Shown here: in pieces, positions 9,733 to 20,300 of the stretch
Layout: each line of letters opens with the position of its first letter
How positions within the stretch are numbered: position 1 is the stretch's first letter
Assembly: GCA_039588295.1 (NCBI GenBank)
Contig: JBDHAB010000034.1
Span: forward strand, 1-48,207
Reading direction: 5' to 3'
DNA from: Gemmatimonadota bacterium
GTDB lineage: Bacteria; Gemmatimonadota; Gemmatimonadetes; Gemmatimonadales; GWC2-71-9
Length of the DNA stretch: 48,207 nt
Program-made: the position numbers and the translations under genes
The notes under the pieces: model-generated
The model's input: the letters and a program-made list of their open reading frames with translations, nothing else
What the model was told of the DNA's origin: nothing
Databases searched by the model: none

Positions 9733-10890
9733 CTAAGAGAACAATGCCGCAGCAGCACCCTGGCTGGCTTTGCAGACGTAGACGGTCGGCTGCAGGCCGC
9801 TGGCTTCAAAGTAATGCTCTTCGACTGATGCCCTGATGCCATCGACCATCTGCTCTGGCCCTAGGGCAACCACGCAGCCGCCAAAGCCGCCGCCGGTCAT
9901 TCGTACGCCACCCTGGGTACCGACGACACCGCCGATGATCTCGACCAAGGCATCGATGGCAGGCACGGTGATCTCAAAGTCATCCCGCATGGAGACGTGC
10001 GAAGCTGCCATCAACTCGCCCACACGCACGAGATCGCCCTTGGCCAGAGCCTGGGCGGCATCGAGGGTCCGCTGGTTCTCGGTGATCACATGCCGCGCCC
10101 GTTGGATCGCCACCGGGTCGAGGCCTTCCAGGCCCTGTTCGAATTGCGCCATATCCAAGTCTCGCAGCGCCTTGACCCCGAAGTGGGTAGCCGCTGCTTC
10201 ACACTGGGCTCGGCGGGCATTGTATTCACTGTCCAGCAGGCCGCGCTTGACGTTGGAGTCAACGATCACTATGCCGGTAGCTCTGGGGATCTGTACCGAC
10301 TGAGCTTCCAAGCTGCGGCAGTCGATCAGCAGGGCATGGTCCTGCTGTCCAAGAGCCGAGATCAATTGGTCCATGATGCCGCAGTTGCAGCCGACAAAGG
10401 TGTTCTCCGCTTCCTGGCCAACCAGGGCCAGGGTCTTGCCGTCGATATCGAGGTTGTTGAAGCGGGCAAACAGGATGCCGGTGACCACCTCCAGGGCAGC
10501 CGAGGAGGAGAGGCCAGCGCCCACCGGCACATCCCCCGCGATGACCAGGTCGGCGCCTTTGAGGGAGTAGCCGCGACGGAGCAGGCACTTCGCCACGCCG
10601 CGCACGTAGTTGCTCCACGGAGCATCCGGGTCCAGCTCGATGGGTTGACTCAGGTCGAAGCTGGCTTTCTGACCGGCGAAGTCTGCGGCCACCATCCGTA
10701 GCAGGCTGTCCTGGCGTGGCCTAGCTGCGATCAGGATGCGGTAGTCGATTGCACAAGGGAGGACAAAGCCGTCGTTGTAATCAGTGTGTTCGCCAATCAG
10801 GTTCACCCGGCCCGGCGCTTGGAAGATGGCCTGTGCCTGGTTGCCAAAGCGCTGGCTGAACAACTCGGCGGCTTCATGCTCCAGTATCAA
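9733..10890 (-). CDS. galK: Galactokinase
   Basis: GHMP motifs [38 protein letters not shown] and [10 protein letters not shown]. Confidence 0.97.
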   Translation of the reverse strand: MILEHEAAELFSQRFGNQAQAIFQAPGRVNLIGEHTDYNDGFVLPCAIDYRILIAARPRQDSLLRMVAADFAGQKASFDLSQPIELDPDAPWSNYVRGVAKCLLRRGYSLKGADLVIAGDVPVGAGLSSSAALEVVTGILFARFNNLDIDGKTLALVGQEAENTFVGCNCGIMDQLISALGQQDHALLIDCRSLEAQSVQIPRATGIVIVDSNVKRGLLDSEYNARRAQCEAAATHFGVKALRDLDMAQFEQGLEGLDPVAIQRARHVITENQRTLDAAQALAKGDLVRVGELMAASHVSMRDDFEITVPAIDALVEIIGGVVGTQGGVRMTGGGFGGCVVALGPEQMVDGIRASVEEHYFEASGLQPTVYVCKASQGAAAALFS

Positions 10891-10926
10891 CGGAGTATTC
10901 CGATTAGGTCGGTCCCGGCGAACGGG

Positions 10927-11400
10927 TCACGTCTCGGCCCCGTCGGCTCGGGGCACAGAATCACCACCGCGCACTTGCCCCCGGAACATCCGCCAGAAGA
11001 CGACCGATCCGACGGTGGCCGCGACGCCGATCGAGATCACGAACCACGTCTTGAGCTCCCCACGTAGGTGCAGGACCAAGCAGCTCGTTGCCGACGCGGT
11101 CCAGATCATGGCGACGGTCACGATACGCGCTCGCAAGGGCATCCCCGCTTTATGGTCCAAGTACCGCAGGTAGGGGCGGAAGATGGGTGCCCGGACGAGC
11201 TTCTCCTCGAGCCAGGGACAACTTCGCGTGAAGAAGTAGGACGCGAGAATCAGGAAGACCGTTGTCGGAAGCCCGGGGACAAAGACCCCGAGGAATCCGA
11301 TGCCAACCAAGATCACCCCAATCAGCGCGAACGCCCATCGCCTGAGTGAGCGGCCAGGGAGCATCACCGGGCTCTTCGTTTCGCTACCATCGGGGTTCAT
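10927..11400 (-). CDS. YbaN/DUF454 family inner membrane protein
   Basis: LGVFVPGLPTTVFLILASYFFTRS signature and several TM helices. Confidence 0.88.
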   Translation of the reverse strand: MNPDGSETKSPVMLPGRSLRRWAFALIGVILVGIGFLGVFVPGLPTTVFLILASYFFTRSCPWLEEKLVRAPIFRPYLRYLDHKAGMPLRARIVTVAMIWTASATSCLVLHLRGELKTWFVISIGVAATVGSVVFWRMFRGQVRGGDSVPRADGAET

Positions 11401-11634
11401 CGGGATTCCTCGGGTCGTCCCAAGCCAGTCGGAGATTCGTAAGCGGCCCTCAGGACAATGTCAAGATTACATTTCGAGCTTGCAGGGACGCCGTTTGGAA
11501 GCCTCGGGAGGGAATCGACGGAGCGCCCGTCGCCGAGATCCGACGCGATGCATATGCGACTCGGTGACTGACCTGCAGATGTAACTCTGAAACTCGGCTA
11601 GGGGTTCCAGTCCAATCGAGATGTGGGGGTGATC

Positions 11635-12414
11635 ATGCACCAAGTGGCCTTCGTCTGTTCGACAATGCTTCTGGTGTTCGTGGGGCCCGCAAGCGCTCAA
11701 CAGGTCGCGACCGGATTTCTCGACCGCACGGTGGCCGTGGCCGGCCAGACTTACCGCTATCAAGTGTACGTCCCGGCCGACTATACGACCCATAACAGCT
11801 GGCCGGTGATCCTCTTCCTGCACGGTGCCGGGGAACGGGGCACGGACGGTCTCCTTCAGACTGCCGTGGGGCTTGGCCCCGCGATCCGGCGGGCGCCCGG
11901 ACGCTATCCGGCCATTGTCGTGTTCCCACAGGTTCCACCGGATTCGCAGTGGGTCGGAGTGCCGGCCGAGATGGCGCTGGCTGCCCTCGATCAGACGATG
12001 CGTGAGTTCGATGTGGATCGCGGCCGGGTGTACCTCACCGGACTCTCGATGGGCGGTCACGGGACGTGGTATCTCGCCTATCGACACCCTGAGCTCTTTG
12101 CGGCCATAGCTCCGATCTGCGGCTGGGTTCCGGACGTTCCCAACTTTCGGGGCTCCGTACCGATCGTACCTGCGGATAGTGGTTCACCGTTACCGGCGCT
12201 GGCCCGCCAGCTTGCCAACATGCCGATTTGGATCTTCCACGGTGAGATGGATCCCGTGGTGCCGGTGAGCGGATCGCGCGAGCCAGCCGCCGCCCTCGAG
12301 GCCGTGTCCGGCAACGTGCGGTACACAGAATACCTCGGGCTCGACCACAACTCTTGGGATGCCACGTACGCGTCCGACAAGTTCACGCGCTGGCTATTCG
12401 CACAGCGGCCCTGA
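11635..12414 (+). CDS. Secreted alpha/beta hydrolase (predicted esterase/peptidase)
   Basis: Signal peptide, LFLHGAGERG, GLSMGG nucleophile elbow, FHGEMD and HNSW. Confidence 0.88.
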   Translation: MHQVAFVCSTMLLVFVGPASAQQVATGFLDRTVAVAGQTYRYQVYVPADYTTHNSWPVILFLHGAGERGTDGLLQTAVGLGPAIRRAPGRYPAIVVFPQVPPDSQWVGVPAEMALAALDQTMREFDVDRGRVYLTGLSMGGHGTWYLAYRHPELFAAIAPICGWVPDVPNFRGSVPIVPADSGSPLPALARQLANMPIWIFHGEMDPVVPVSGSREPAAALEAVSGNVRYTEYLGLDHNSWDATYASDKFTRWLFAQRP

Positions 12415-12893
12415 GCACCCGGCCCAAGCGCACTACTTCCTTGATCTCCTGCGCTTGCTCCGAACCGCCCATTCCCTGGAACAGTCCGATGGCGAGTCCG
12501 CAAGCAACGCTCACCCGACTCCCCACCACAGGTTGCCCCGTCGCAGGCCGAACGACCCCAGGTCGTTGCGATCGGAGGTGATGGAAACATGTGCAGGATC
12601 ATCCCGCAGCTTAGTTTCCTTGTGGGCAGTTTACCCCGAACTACCAGACCAGTACCGGACCCGAGCTGAAAAGGCGGCGACAGATCCCGGCAAGGCCGCC
12701 ACATCGGGAGATCGCGTCGCGCAGATCGGCGCCGAGATCGCCCGAACTGCCCGAGACGGAGCGTCAGCTCTTCGGGATTCTGCGGGGGTGTTTAGGTGTG
12801 TATGGGAATGCGCCACTCAGTCCCCAGCTGGTCACCACGCAGGTAATCGCCGAACCTGTGGGACCGCTGGCTAGAACGCGAAGGGGGTGAACC

Positions 12894-13169
12894 GTGTTAT
12901 ATGAAGTCGTGGTGCCGTTGCTCGGGATGGGCATGGCGGTGTGGGTGCTCTACAACGGCTTTCGCATCGCCAACCGTGCGCTGAACCAGAAACACGAACG
13001 GGACCTGGCGCTGACGGGCGGAGCGGCGCCCGGCGAGGTAGCGGAGCTGCGTGACCGGGTCGAGCGTCTAGAGGAGATCGGGCACCGCGTGCAGGAACTC
13101 GAAGAGCGCCTGGATTTCGCTGAACGCGTGCTGACCAGCGGGCGCGAGCGATCCGACGGGCCGCCGTGA
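12894..13169 (+). CDS. Small membrane-anchored coiled-coil hypothetical protein
   Basis: GGGGGTG RBS-like sequence, an N-terminal TM helix and a C-terminal ELEERLDFAERVL heptad pattern. Confidence 0.7.
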   Translation: MLYEVVVPLLGMGMAVWVLYNGFRIANRALNQKHERDLALTGGAAPGEVAELRDRVERLEEIGHRVQELEERLDFAERVLTSGRERSDGPP

Positions 13170-13585
13170 CGGGAGGCGCTGGATGGACCCAGATCTTCTA
13201 GACCCAATCGGATCGGGTGGAAACTGAAGAGACGACATCTTGCCGGTGTATCGAGGAACTACGGGCGTCGGCGCCGCACCTCGACCCGCGTAAGCCGTGC
13301 TCCGCCGGGAAAAGCGAGCCCCCGAACGAGTCCCACCACTTCGCAAGGGGCGGTGTTCAGGGGCCGGGGTGTACTGCGTTGGCCGACGAATGTGTCTCAG
13401 AAACGAACTGCGGCGCTCAGATTCCTGCGGGCTTCATGGTTCGTTCGGGATCGTCTCGTACTGCTGGCAGAACGCGCCACGGAGAGGTGCACCGAGCGTT
13501 GTGCGCATGATCGGGCCATTCTGTTAAGTGAGCGTTGTTGACAGAGTCGACCTACTCCCGAAAGCCTGAATCCCAGGTCCCTGAA

Positions 13586-14446
13586 TCAACTGAAGGCCAG
13601 CTCAGCATCGTAATGAAGCGCCGCCGCACCCAATATGGCGACGTGCTCGAGTTCTGAGACTTCAATCTTCAGAGACCTGATGGAATTTGAAAAAGCAAAG
13701 GAGCGTATCGACTCCCACATAGCTTCCTTGAAGAACCGAAAGGCCTTACGAACGGATCCCCCCAGAACAATTATCTCCGGATCGTAAGCATAGAGAATCG
13801 TCTTGATACCATGACCCAAGTGATGACCGAACTCTGCGAATATCCTCACCGCCTCACGGTCACCTTCTACTGCTCTCCGAAAAACCTCTGCGCCTGTTTG
13901 CGCAACGTGACGAGTAAAGAATTGTCCCGAACAATAATACTCATAGATGCTTTCCAAATACGGAATCATGCCGAACTCACCCGCTCCACAATTCATCCCC
14001 GGATACAACCTGCCATCGACGATGATTCCTCCGGCGAAACCCGTCCCCACAATGAGTCCAATTGCTGATTGATATCCGACACCTTTCCCAAAATGCTTTT
14101 CGCCCAGTGCAAAGCAGTTGGCGTCATTGTTGACCAAAACTGGAACGGAGTACCTTTCTTCTAGTATCGATTTGAGGGGCACTTCGCGCCAGGATGGGAT
14201 GTTCTGTACGTCGTACACGATACCCTCTTCGATATCCACCACACTGGGCACACCGATCCCAACGCCGTCAACATCCTCTAGCTTCGTCCGATCGATCAGC
14301 CCGCAAAGTTGGTCCAGGACCTCCTCGTCCGACCCATTTGGATTGATTGGCATCGACGACACGTCCCCGAGCTGCTGATTACGCACCAATGCAGCGCGAG
14401 CGTTCGTCCCTCCCAAATCAACCCCAATGATATTGCTCTTTGCCAT
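13586..14446 (-). CDS. ROK family sugar kinase (glucokinase-like)
   Basis: Motifs IGVDLGGTN, GIGVP, NNDANCFALGE, GTGFAGG and AGEFG. It lacks the CxCGxxGC zinc motif. Confidence 0.92.
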   Translation of the reverse strand: MAKSNIIGVDLGGTNARAALVRNQQLGDVSSMPINPNGSDEEVLDQLCGLIDRTKLEDVDGVGIGVPSVVDIEEGIVYDVQNIPSWREVPLKSILEERYSVPVLVNNDANCFALGEKHFGKGVGYQSAIGLIVGTGFAGGIIVDGRLYPGMNCGAGEFGMIPYLESIYEYYCSGQFFTRHVAQTGAEVFRRAVEGDREAVRIFAEFGHHLGHGIKTILYAYDPEIIVLGGSVRKAFRFFKEAMWESIRSFAFSNSIRSLKIEVSELEHVAILGAAALHYDAELAFS

Positions 14447-14485
14447 TGCTCTCAAATCCGCAGGTGACCATTCCTGGGTCCTCGC

Positions 14486-15742
14486 TCAAACAACTTCCTC
14501 TTTCCGAAATCCGATCGTGACGTTCTTGATCAGAGGCTTGGCCCAGAAACCGATACTGAGGATGTAGCCCATGGTCAAGTAGAGGAACAGCATGCCGTTC
14601 CGCAAGCCAAAGAGATCACCGAGTCCACCAACAATCAGCGGCACAATGGCGCCCCCGATGATGGCGGTTACCAGTATCCCTGAAAAACTGCCATGGTGCT
14701 CCGCAACAGAATTGAGCGCAAGGGAGAATATCACCGGGTACATGACTGCGGAGAAGAAGCCAACCAAAGGAAATGCGATTACAGCCACGGAGCCGGACAT
14801 AAACAGGGCCGCGGTGAGGCTGATAATCGCACCAATGGTGAATAAAACCAGCACTACTTTGCTATCGAGCAATTTCAACAACACGATACCCGCGATACCG
14901 CCAATGGTCATCAGACCCCAGAACCAAGCGACGGTCGTAGCGCCGGTCGTTTGTGGATCGTAGCCATGGTATGCGTTCAGAAATTCAGAAATCCAGTTTG
15001 CAACACCCTGCTCAAGCCCGACATATGTGAAAATCCCCAGGAAGAACAACAGGACAGTTGGATTCTTCAGCAAACCCAGGTGGGTTGTGAAAGCGCCGAC
15101 CTGCTCGTCAACTTTTCGCTCGACCTCGGGGATTCTCGAGATACACACAATCCCGACCATGAGAAGAGCAATGATGGCAAAGAGCCAATAGAGAGATATC
15201 CAGGGGATCTCTTCAGGAACGACCCTCGATAATGTCGTGATCAGCAGGTTCGAATCGGCAGACCCTCTCTCCAGATTGAGCACCAGATATGAATACACAA
15301 GGGGACTGATGAAGGACGCGGCACCGAAAATCAACTGGGCCACTGTAGCGTTGAAGGCGAAGTGCTCTTCTCCGCCGGCCTCCCGCAACAGAGGGTTAAT
15401 CGCGACCTGAAGCATGGCCATGCCGGAGCCTATGAGAAACAGGGAGCAAATAGCGGTCAGATAGTTCGGGAACAACGCCAACATCGATGAGCCCACAAAC
15501 GCTATGGCGAAGGCGGCGACCATGACCGGTTTTTCCTGGAACTTCTCAATCAGCAGTCCCGCCGGAATTGACATGACGCCATAAGCAATGAAGAACGCAA
15601 ACGGCAGCACGGCGACAAGCGTGAGGCTCAAATTGAAATCATCGATGATCTCGGGGACGAGAGGACCAATGATGTTTGTCAGAAATGAGATGACAAAGAA
15701 GGTCAGGAAAATGAGGCCGACGACAAAGTAGCTTCTGCGAAT
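14486..15742 (-). CDS. MFS sugar transporter (FucP/GluP-like), probable ATT start
   Basis: About 12 TM helices with LQVAINP, YVGLEQG and AIIGGAIVP. The frame extends 37 codons beyond the track start to ATT at 15742, which is 7 nt after GGAGGG. An in-frame TAG lies at 15800-15802. Confidence 0.88.
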   Translation of the reverse strand: MRRSYFVVGLIFLTFFVISFLTNIIGPLVPEIIDDFNLSLTLVAVLPFAFFIAYGVMSIPAGLLIEKFQEKPVMVAAFAIAFVGSSMLALFPNYLTAICSLFLIGSGMAMLQVAINPLLREAGGEEHFAFNATVAQLIFGAASFISPLVYSYLVLNLERGSADSNLLITTLSRVVPEEIPWISLYWLFAIIALLMVGIVCISRIPEVERKVDEQVGAFTTHLGLLKNPTVLLFFLGIFTYVGLEQGVANWISEFLNAYHGYDPQTTGATTVAWFWGLMTIGGIAGIVLLKLLDSKVVLVLFTIGAIISLTAALFMSGSVAVIAFPLVGFFSAVMYPVIFSLALNSVAEHHGSFSGILVTAIIGGAIVPLIVGGLGDLFGLRNGMLFLYLTMGYILSIGFWAKPLIKNVTIGFRKEEVV

Positions 15743-15809
15743 TGTCTTACCCTCCGCTTTATGGTGATGTCTCGTGCCAGGTCCTCTGCCAGCGCCCTCC
15801 TAGAAGGCC

Positions 15810-15965
15810 GATGGCTCGTCACGAAGGCCACGCGGCGACTATCAGGCGACCATGAGGGAACGTTGATAGTACCCTGACCGTCTTGGAAGGGCGACGTCAG
15901 ATCGCGTACTGGACCATCGCGCACGTCCATGCGACGAAGCTTGACCTGCTTGCCGAGATGGAAAG
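15810..15965 (-). pseudogene. C-terminal remnant of a TolB/PD40-repeat protein
   Basis: KQVKLRRMD...[20 protein letters not shown] is a typical final PD40 blade. The sequence upstream of it is not homologous. Confidence 0.6.
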
Positions 15966-16252
15966 GCCGAAGTAGGGGCCGAATTCGCATGCGATGCCAA
16001 GCGAGTACGCTTGAAGTCCCACCCGCAGCAGGGCCTTTCTCACGCGGAGTGGATACCCCGATCGCTTCGAGGAGAGGTAGGAGACCGACCCACCGGGGTG
16101 GTTCGCAGTCGCACGTGGCGAACCCCACACACACGTTCGCACACCACGGATTTGGGACGTCAGCGGGAGCGTTGCCGGGGCGTCGCTCTGACGGGACACG
16201 CGGGTCGCGATCTCGCCAAATCAGGGATTCTGGATTTGTTACGGAACCGGTG

Positions 16253-17238
16253 CTAGATCTCCTGCACCCCCCACGCCTTGTTGATGCTCTCCCAGGTGAT
16301 CACGTTCGGCTTTACGAACGGCCGCCGTACGTTCTCCAGTTTCTCTCCCCTCACTTCAACATCGCTCACGCTCGCGGGCCCCAGGCCCGCGCGGTACGCC
16401 CATGCAAAGGTGGGCACTTCGTGCACCCCGAATCCCATGATGTCGGCCGTGACCATGTCGGTGGCCAGTGGGTTCGTTCCCGCGATGATCACGTTCATCG
16501 GAACCAGCCTCCCACCCGTCGGGCCGTCTCCTTCCATCGCCATCGAGCCGTCCACGACAGTGAGCCCGAGCCTGTTGGCGCGGACCATGTCGATCGTCTC
16601 GAAGGCAATGCCCGGCGACTCGGCCATGGCCGCTTGGTCGTGCAGCCACGACCTGACCGAGTAGTAGACCGTTCCAGGATACAGGCCAATCAGGTTCTTC
16701 ATGCCCAGCGTCACGGTCGCCAGTACGTGGGTCTTCATCATCGGAACGTGAGCGGAGTCCGCAGGGAGCCGGCAAGGTCGGTGTAGCCGAGGGTGTCGAA
16801 CACGTACTGCTGCATGCCATCCAGTATCTCGCGGTTCCGCGTCCTGTAGGTGACAGCGTCCCGGACGTTGAATCCGGTTCCCGCGGCCGATCCTTCACCG
16901 ATCAGCACTTCTTTTCCCGACCGCTGCATGAGTTGGGCGAGCGTTCTCACCACGCTCGGTTTGGTCGTGAAGGCCGGACCCTCGGCCACCAGGTTGGGCT
17001 TGAGCATGATCCGGTCTTTGCCCTGTGCCACCGTCTCCATACCTCCGAGGAGGTCAATGGCCGCTTCGACTGCAAGATCGACCCTGTCGTTCCCGATCCT
17101 TACGACGCTGACGACCGGCTTCTCTCCTGTGGACCGGTCCCCGTACCACGCTGGCGTCAGGCCTCCGGCGGCGGTCCCGAGAACCACGCCGGCACTCGTC
17201 TTCACGAAGTCCCTGCGTGACAGATGTCTGTGTCTCAT
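16253..17238 (-). pseudogene. Tat-exported DUF362 family protein, split by an internal deletion/frameshift
   Basis: The 5' ORF (16738-17238) has an SRRDFVK Tat motif, MLKPNLV, TTKPSVV and IGEGS. The 3' ORF (16253-16741) has (VP)MMKTH...TLGMKNLIG, MEGDGP and NPLATD. The two halves are in different frames. Confidence 0.8.
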
Positions 17239-17320
17239 ACGGATTCCTCCCGGTCGTCGGGCACGGGTGTCTGCGTTGCCTGCCGTTCCCTACGGGGAGG
17301 TGAGCGAGACGGTTTCCGGG

Positions 17321-17382
17321 CGACGTCACCGCTTGCATCCGGAGCCGAAGGTCCCGCGTGGCTCCCTCCTTGCGCCCTACCC
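17321..17382 (+). repeat. att-like repeat copy A
   Basis: The core at 17334-17362 (TGCATCCGGAGCCGAAGGTCCCGCGTGGC) is 25/29 identical to the core of copies B/E. It shares the GACGTCACC lead-in with D/E and a GCTC..CCCTACCC tail with copy B. Confidence 0.8.
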
Positions 17383-20300
17383 TGTCACTCGTGTCTGCTC
17401 CCCAGCGAGCCTGCGCTTCTGGTGTTGAGCCGCCTGGTACATGAAGGTGCGAACGATGGCCTCGCGGTTGGGCTGGAAGGTGCCGTCGTAGACCGAATCC
17501 ATGTAGGGAATCTGCAGCCTGTCCAGAATGGGCTTGAGAATCGCCGAGCACATGATGGATGGCATACAGGTGAAAGGAAACACGTTCACCACACCGTCAA
17601 AGCCCGCAGCCGCGTACTCGAGAGCGCCGCCGATACTCAGTGCCGCCTCCGTGCCGACCCGGAAGGAGAAGATGCGGTCGCTGTCGAGCTGCTTCTCAAT
17701 GCGGCCAATCCGGTGGTCTCGGTGAATGGCAAGGCGCCTCCTTACCTTCCGGTAGGCCTGCTGCGACCGGAGATACTGGTACGTCAGGCGAGTTCCGTGG
17801 AGGAGCCAAGCTCGCAGCTCGCGGCCACAGAGGCCAGGATCCCGGAGGTGAATGGCGCCGGCGATGCCCCTCGCCGCGTTATGCATGAGGCGGTGTGAGA
17901 CATAGTCGAGCCACTCAGCGACGGACGAGTTTACGACCTCGGCGCCGTGGCTCTCCAGGAGCCGTATGAGATCCTGGTTCGATGGCACGTGACTCCGTAG
18001 ATAGATCTCACCCACTATGCCAATGAGAGGTTTCGGGCCGATAGTCGGGTCGATGAGGTCCCGCCCTTGGGCGGCGATTTCCTCGAGTGCGTTCATCACC
18101 TGCCGAGACCCATTGGTGCGAGCGTGGCGCTCGAAGATCCCCTCCATGCTCGTGAGTGCCTGGTCGAAATACGCGTCGGCCTGTCCGCGGTCTCTCTCAT
18201 AGGGTCGCACGCACCAAAGCATTCGATCCAGCACATCGCCAACGACCGTGGCCAGGTATCCCACCCTCCTGAAGCGAGCACGCAGTTCCGGCCTCATCAG
18301 GCCGCCGACGGCGTAGCCGTCCTCCGACGTGAGAGAGGCAATGCGCGTCTCGCCGAAGTCTTCCAGCGAGTCGAGGATGATGCGGTGCAGCTTGCCGTAC
18401 ATGCCGAAGCGGCATGGCCCGCCGGTCTCGGCCATGCAATAGAGGTAGTTCCCCGAGTTGAAGGAGTCGCCCAGACGCGCCTTGTCACCCTTTAGGTGGT
18501 GGAGCACGTCCCCCAGAGTGATCTGGCACGGAAAACACTCCTTGCCCGACGTGAACTCCTTGCCCAGGGAGAGACCCTTGTAGCTCTGCATGACCTGGGC
18601 ATCGACACCGAAGCCTCTGAAGGCGGCAGCAATGAGTCGGCTGCCTGCACGGCTCATCTCTGGAATGAGCAACGTCTTATCGGCCAGGCTGAACTTGCCA
18701 ACCTTGTCCCTCAGCGAGTCAAACTGGCCCGCCACTCGACGTTCGGGCACGGCCACGACCGTACGCCCCTCGCATTGCTGGAGGCCCGCGCGTTGCTCGT
18801 TCCGAATGACGTTGGCGAACGCTTCCAGCCGGGTCACCACTCCTGCCACCGCGGTGTGCTCGTCGAACTCGAGGATCAGATAGGGTTTTGGCTTCATGAC
18901 GTGGCGGTAGAAATGCTCCACGAACGAGTCCGCGCCACAACTGAAGTTCGTGAGGTGCACACCGTAGGCACCGGGGTGTTCCTTGATCAGCTTGGCCGTG
19001 CGGAGAATCTGCGCGCCAAGGCCCCAGTACATGTTGGGGAAGTCACTCAGGTCCACGCCAGCCGTATCCAGGAAGTCCTGAGGAATCGCCTCAATCCCCA
19101 GCTTCGCCAGACGCTCACCCAGATGGAGATTCAGCCGCTCATCGTAGAGGTTGTAGGGCCTGCCGCTCACCGCGATCCAGAACTGGTCTGGGCCCAAGGA
19201 GTCAAGGAACTCTCGACCTTGCTGCAGGAGTTCACATTCGAACGCCCGCTGCACCTCCAGCGCATCCCGAAACGAGTGTTCGACCTGTCGCCGGCTCAGA
19301 CCCAATTGCCTGCCGAGGGTGCGGTGCAGATCGCCGGCGACCTGATCCACGGAGGCGTTCAGGCAGACCGTTGGTGACAGCAGCGCATCTCGTGGGATGT
19401 CGATGGCCGCCCTGGCCATGTACTGGCTGCCTTGTACCAGGGGGCAGTAGAAGCCCGTTTCCTCCCGCCGCGGAGTGGGCATGGTGATGACGGTCGGGAG
19501 GAACAGCCAGCGCGTCAGCCGCCTGAGGACCTCCACGTGGCCGTGGAACACTTTGATGGGATAGCAGGCCTCGGCGATCGTGGACTCAACGCCCGCCATG
19601 GCAACCTGCTGCGTCGTCTTGGGGGAAAGCACTGGGGTGAAACCCAGGTTGTCCCAGAAGCGAGTCCACAGCACGCCGAATTGGAGGATATGGAGGCCCC
19701 GGGGGATGCCGATGGTGGGCCCACCGTTCCCGCGGTCCCACGCATCCCGGGACGCATCACCGAGCACTCCTAGCTCTGCCGCATCGACGCAGTGGCCTTT
19801 CAGGTACTCCGTGAAGAGGGTCTCGCGTTTCTTGAACCAGTTGACCTTCGCCTTCCCCCGAGCACGCCTCATCTCGTAGCGGCCGCACTCCCCTCCCCAC
19901 ACGCTCTTGCGACCGCCGAAATCATAGACCTTCAACTTGCACGCGTTGTGGCAGTCCTTGTCGGCCCGGCAGACCTTCTCGGTGACCGAGACCGTGGCCT
20001 GGGCGAGCGAAGCGAGGGGCGGATGCGGGGACGGTCGCCTCTCTCCGGTAACCCGGCTTTCCATGAGGCTCAAAGCGGCGCCGTGGGCTCCCAGCACCTC
20101 TCGGTGCCCAGGGACGAGAATCTCCTGGCCCAACACGTTCTCGAAAGCCGCCACGACACCCATGTTCAGCGACGGACCGCCGAGGAACATGACGCGCTTA
20201 CCAATGCGGCGCTTCTGGACGACGCGATTGAGGTAGTTGTGGACGATGGCGTAGCAGAGACCGGCCAGCAAATCGTCAAGCCGGGCGCCTTGCTGAGCGT

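Noticed and set aside
12415..12893. Long spacer with short ORFs and an RBS-like GGAGGTG
   Set aside because: There is no recognisable protein motif or RNA structure. It may be decayed coding DNA but cannot be assigned.
16085..16120. GTCGCACGTGGC similar to the end of the repeat core
   Set aside because: Only about 12 bp match, with no arm or anticodon-loop part.
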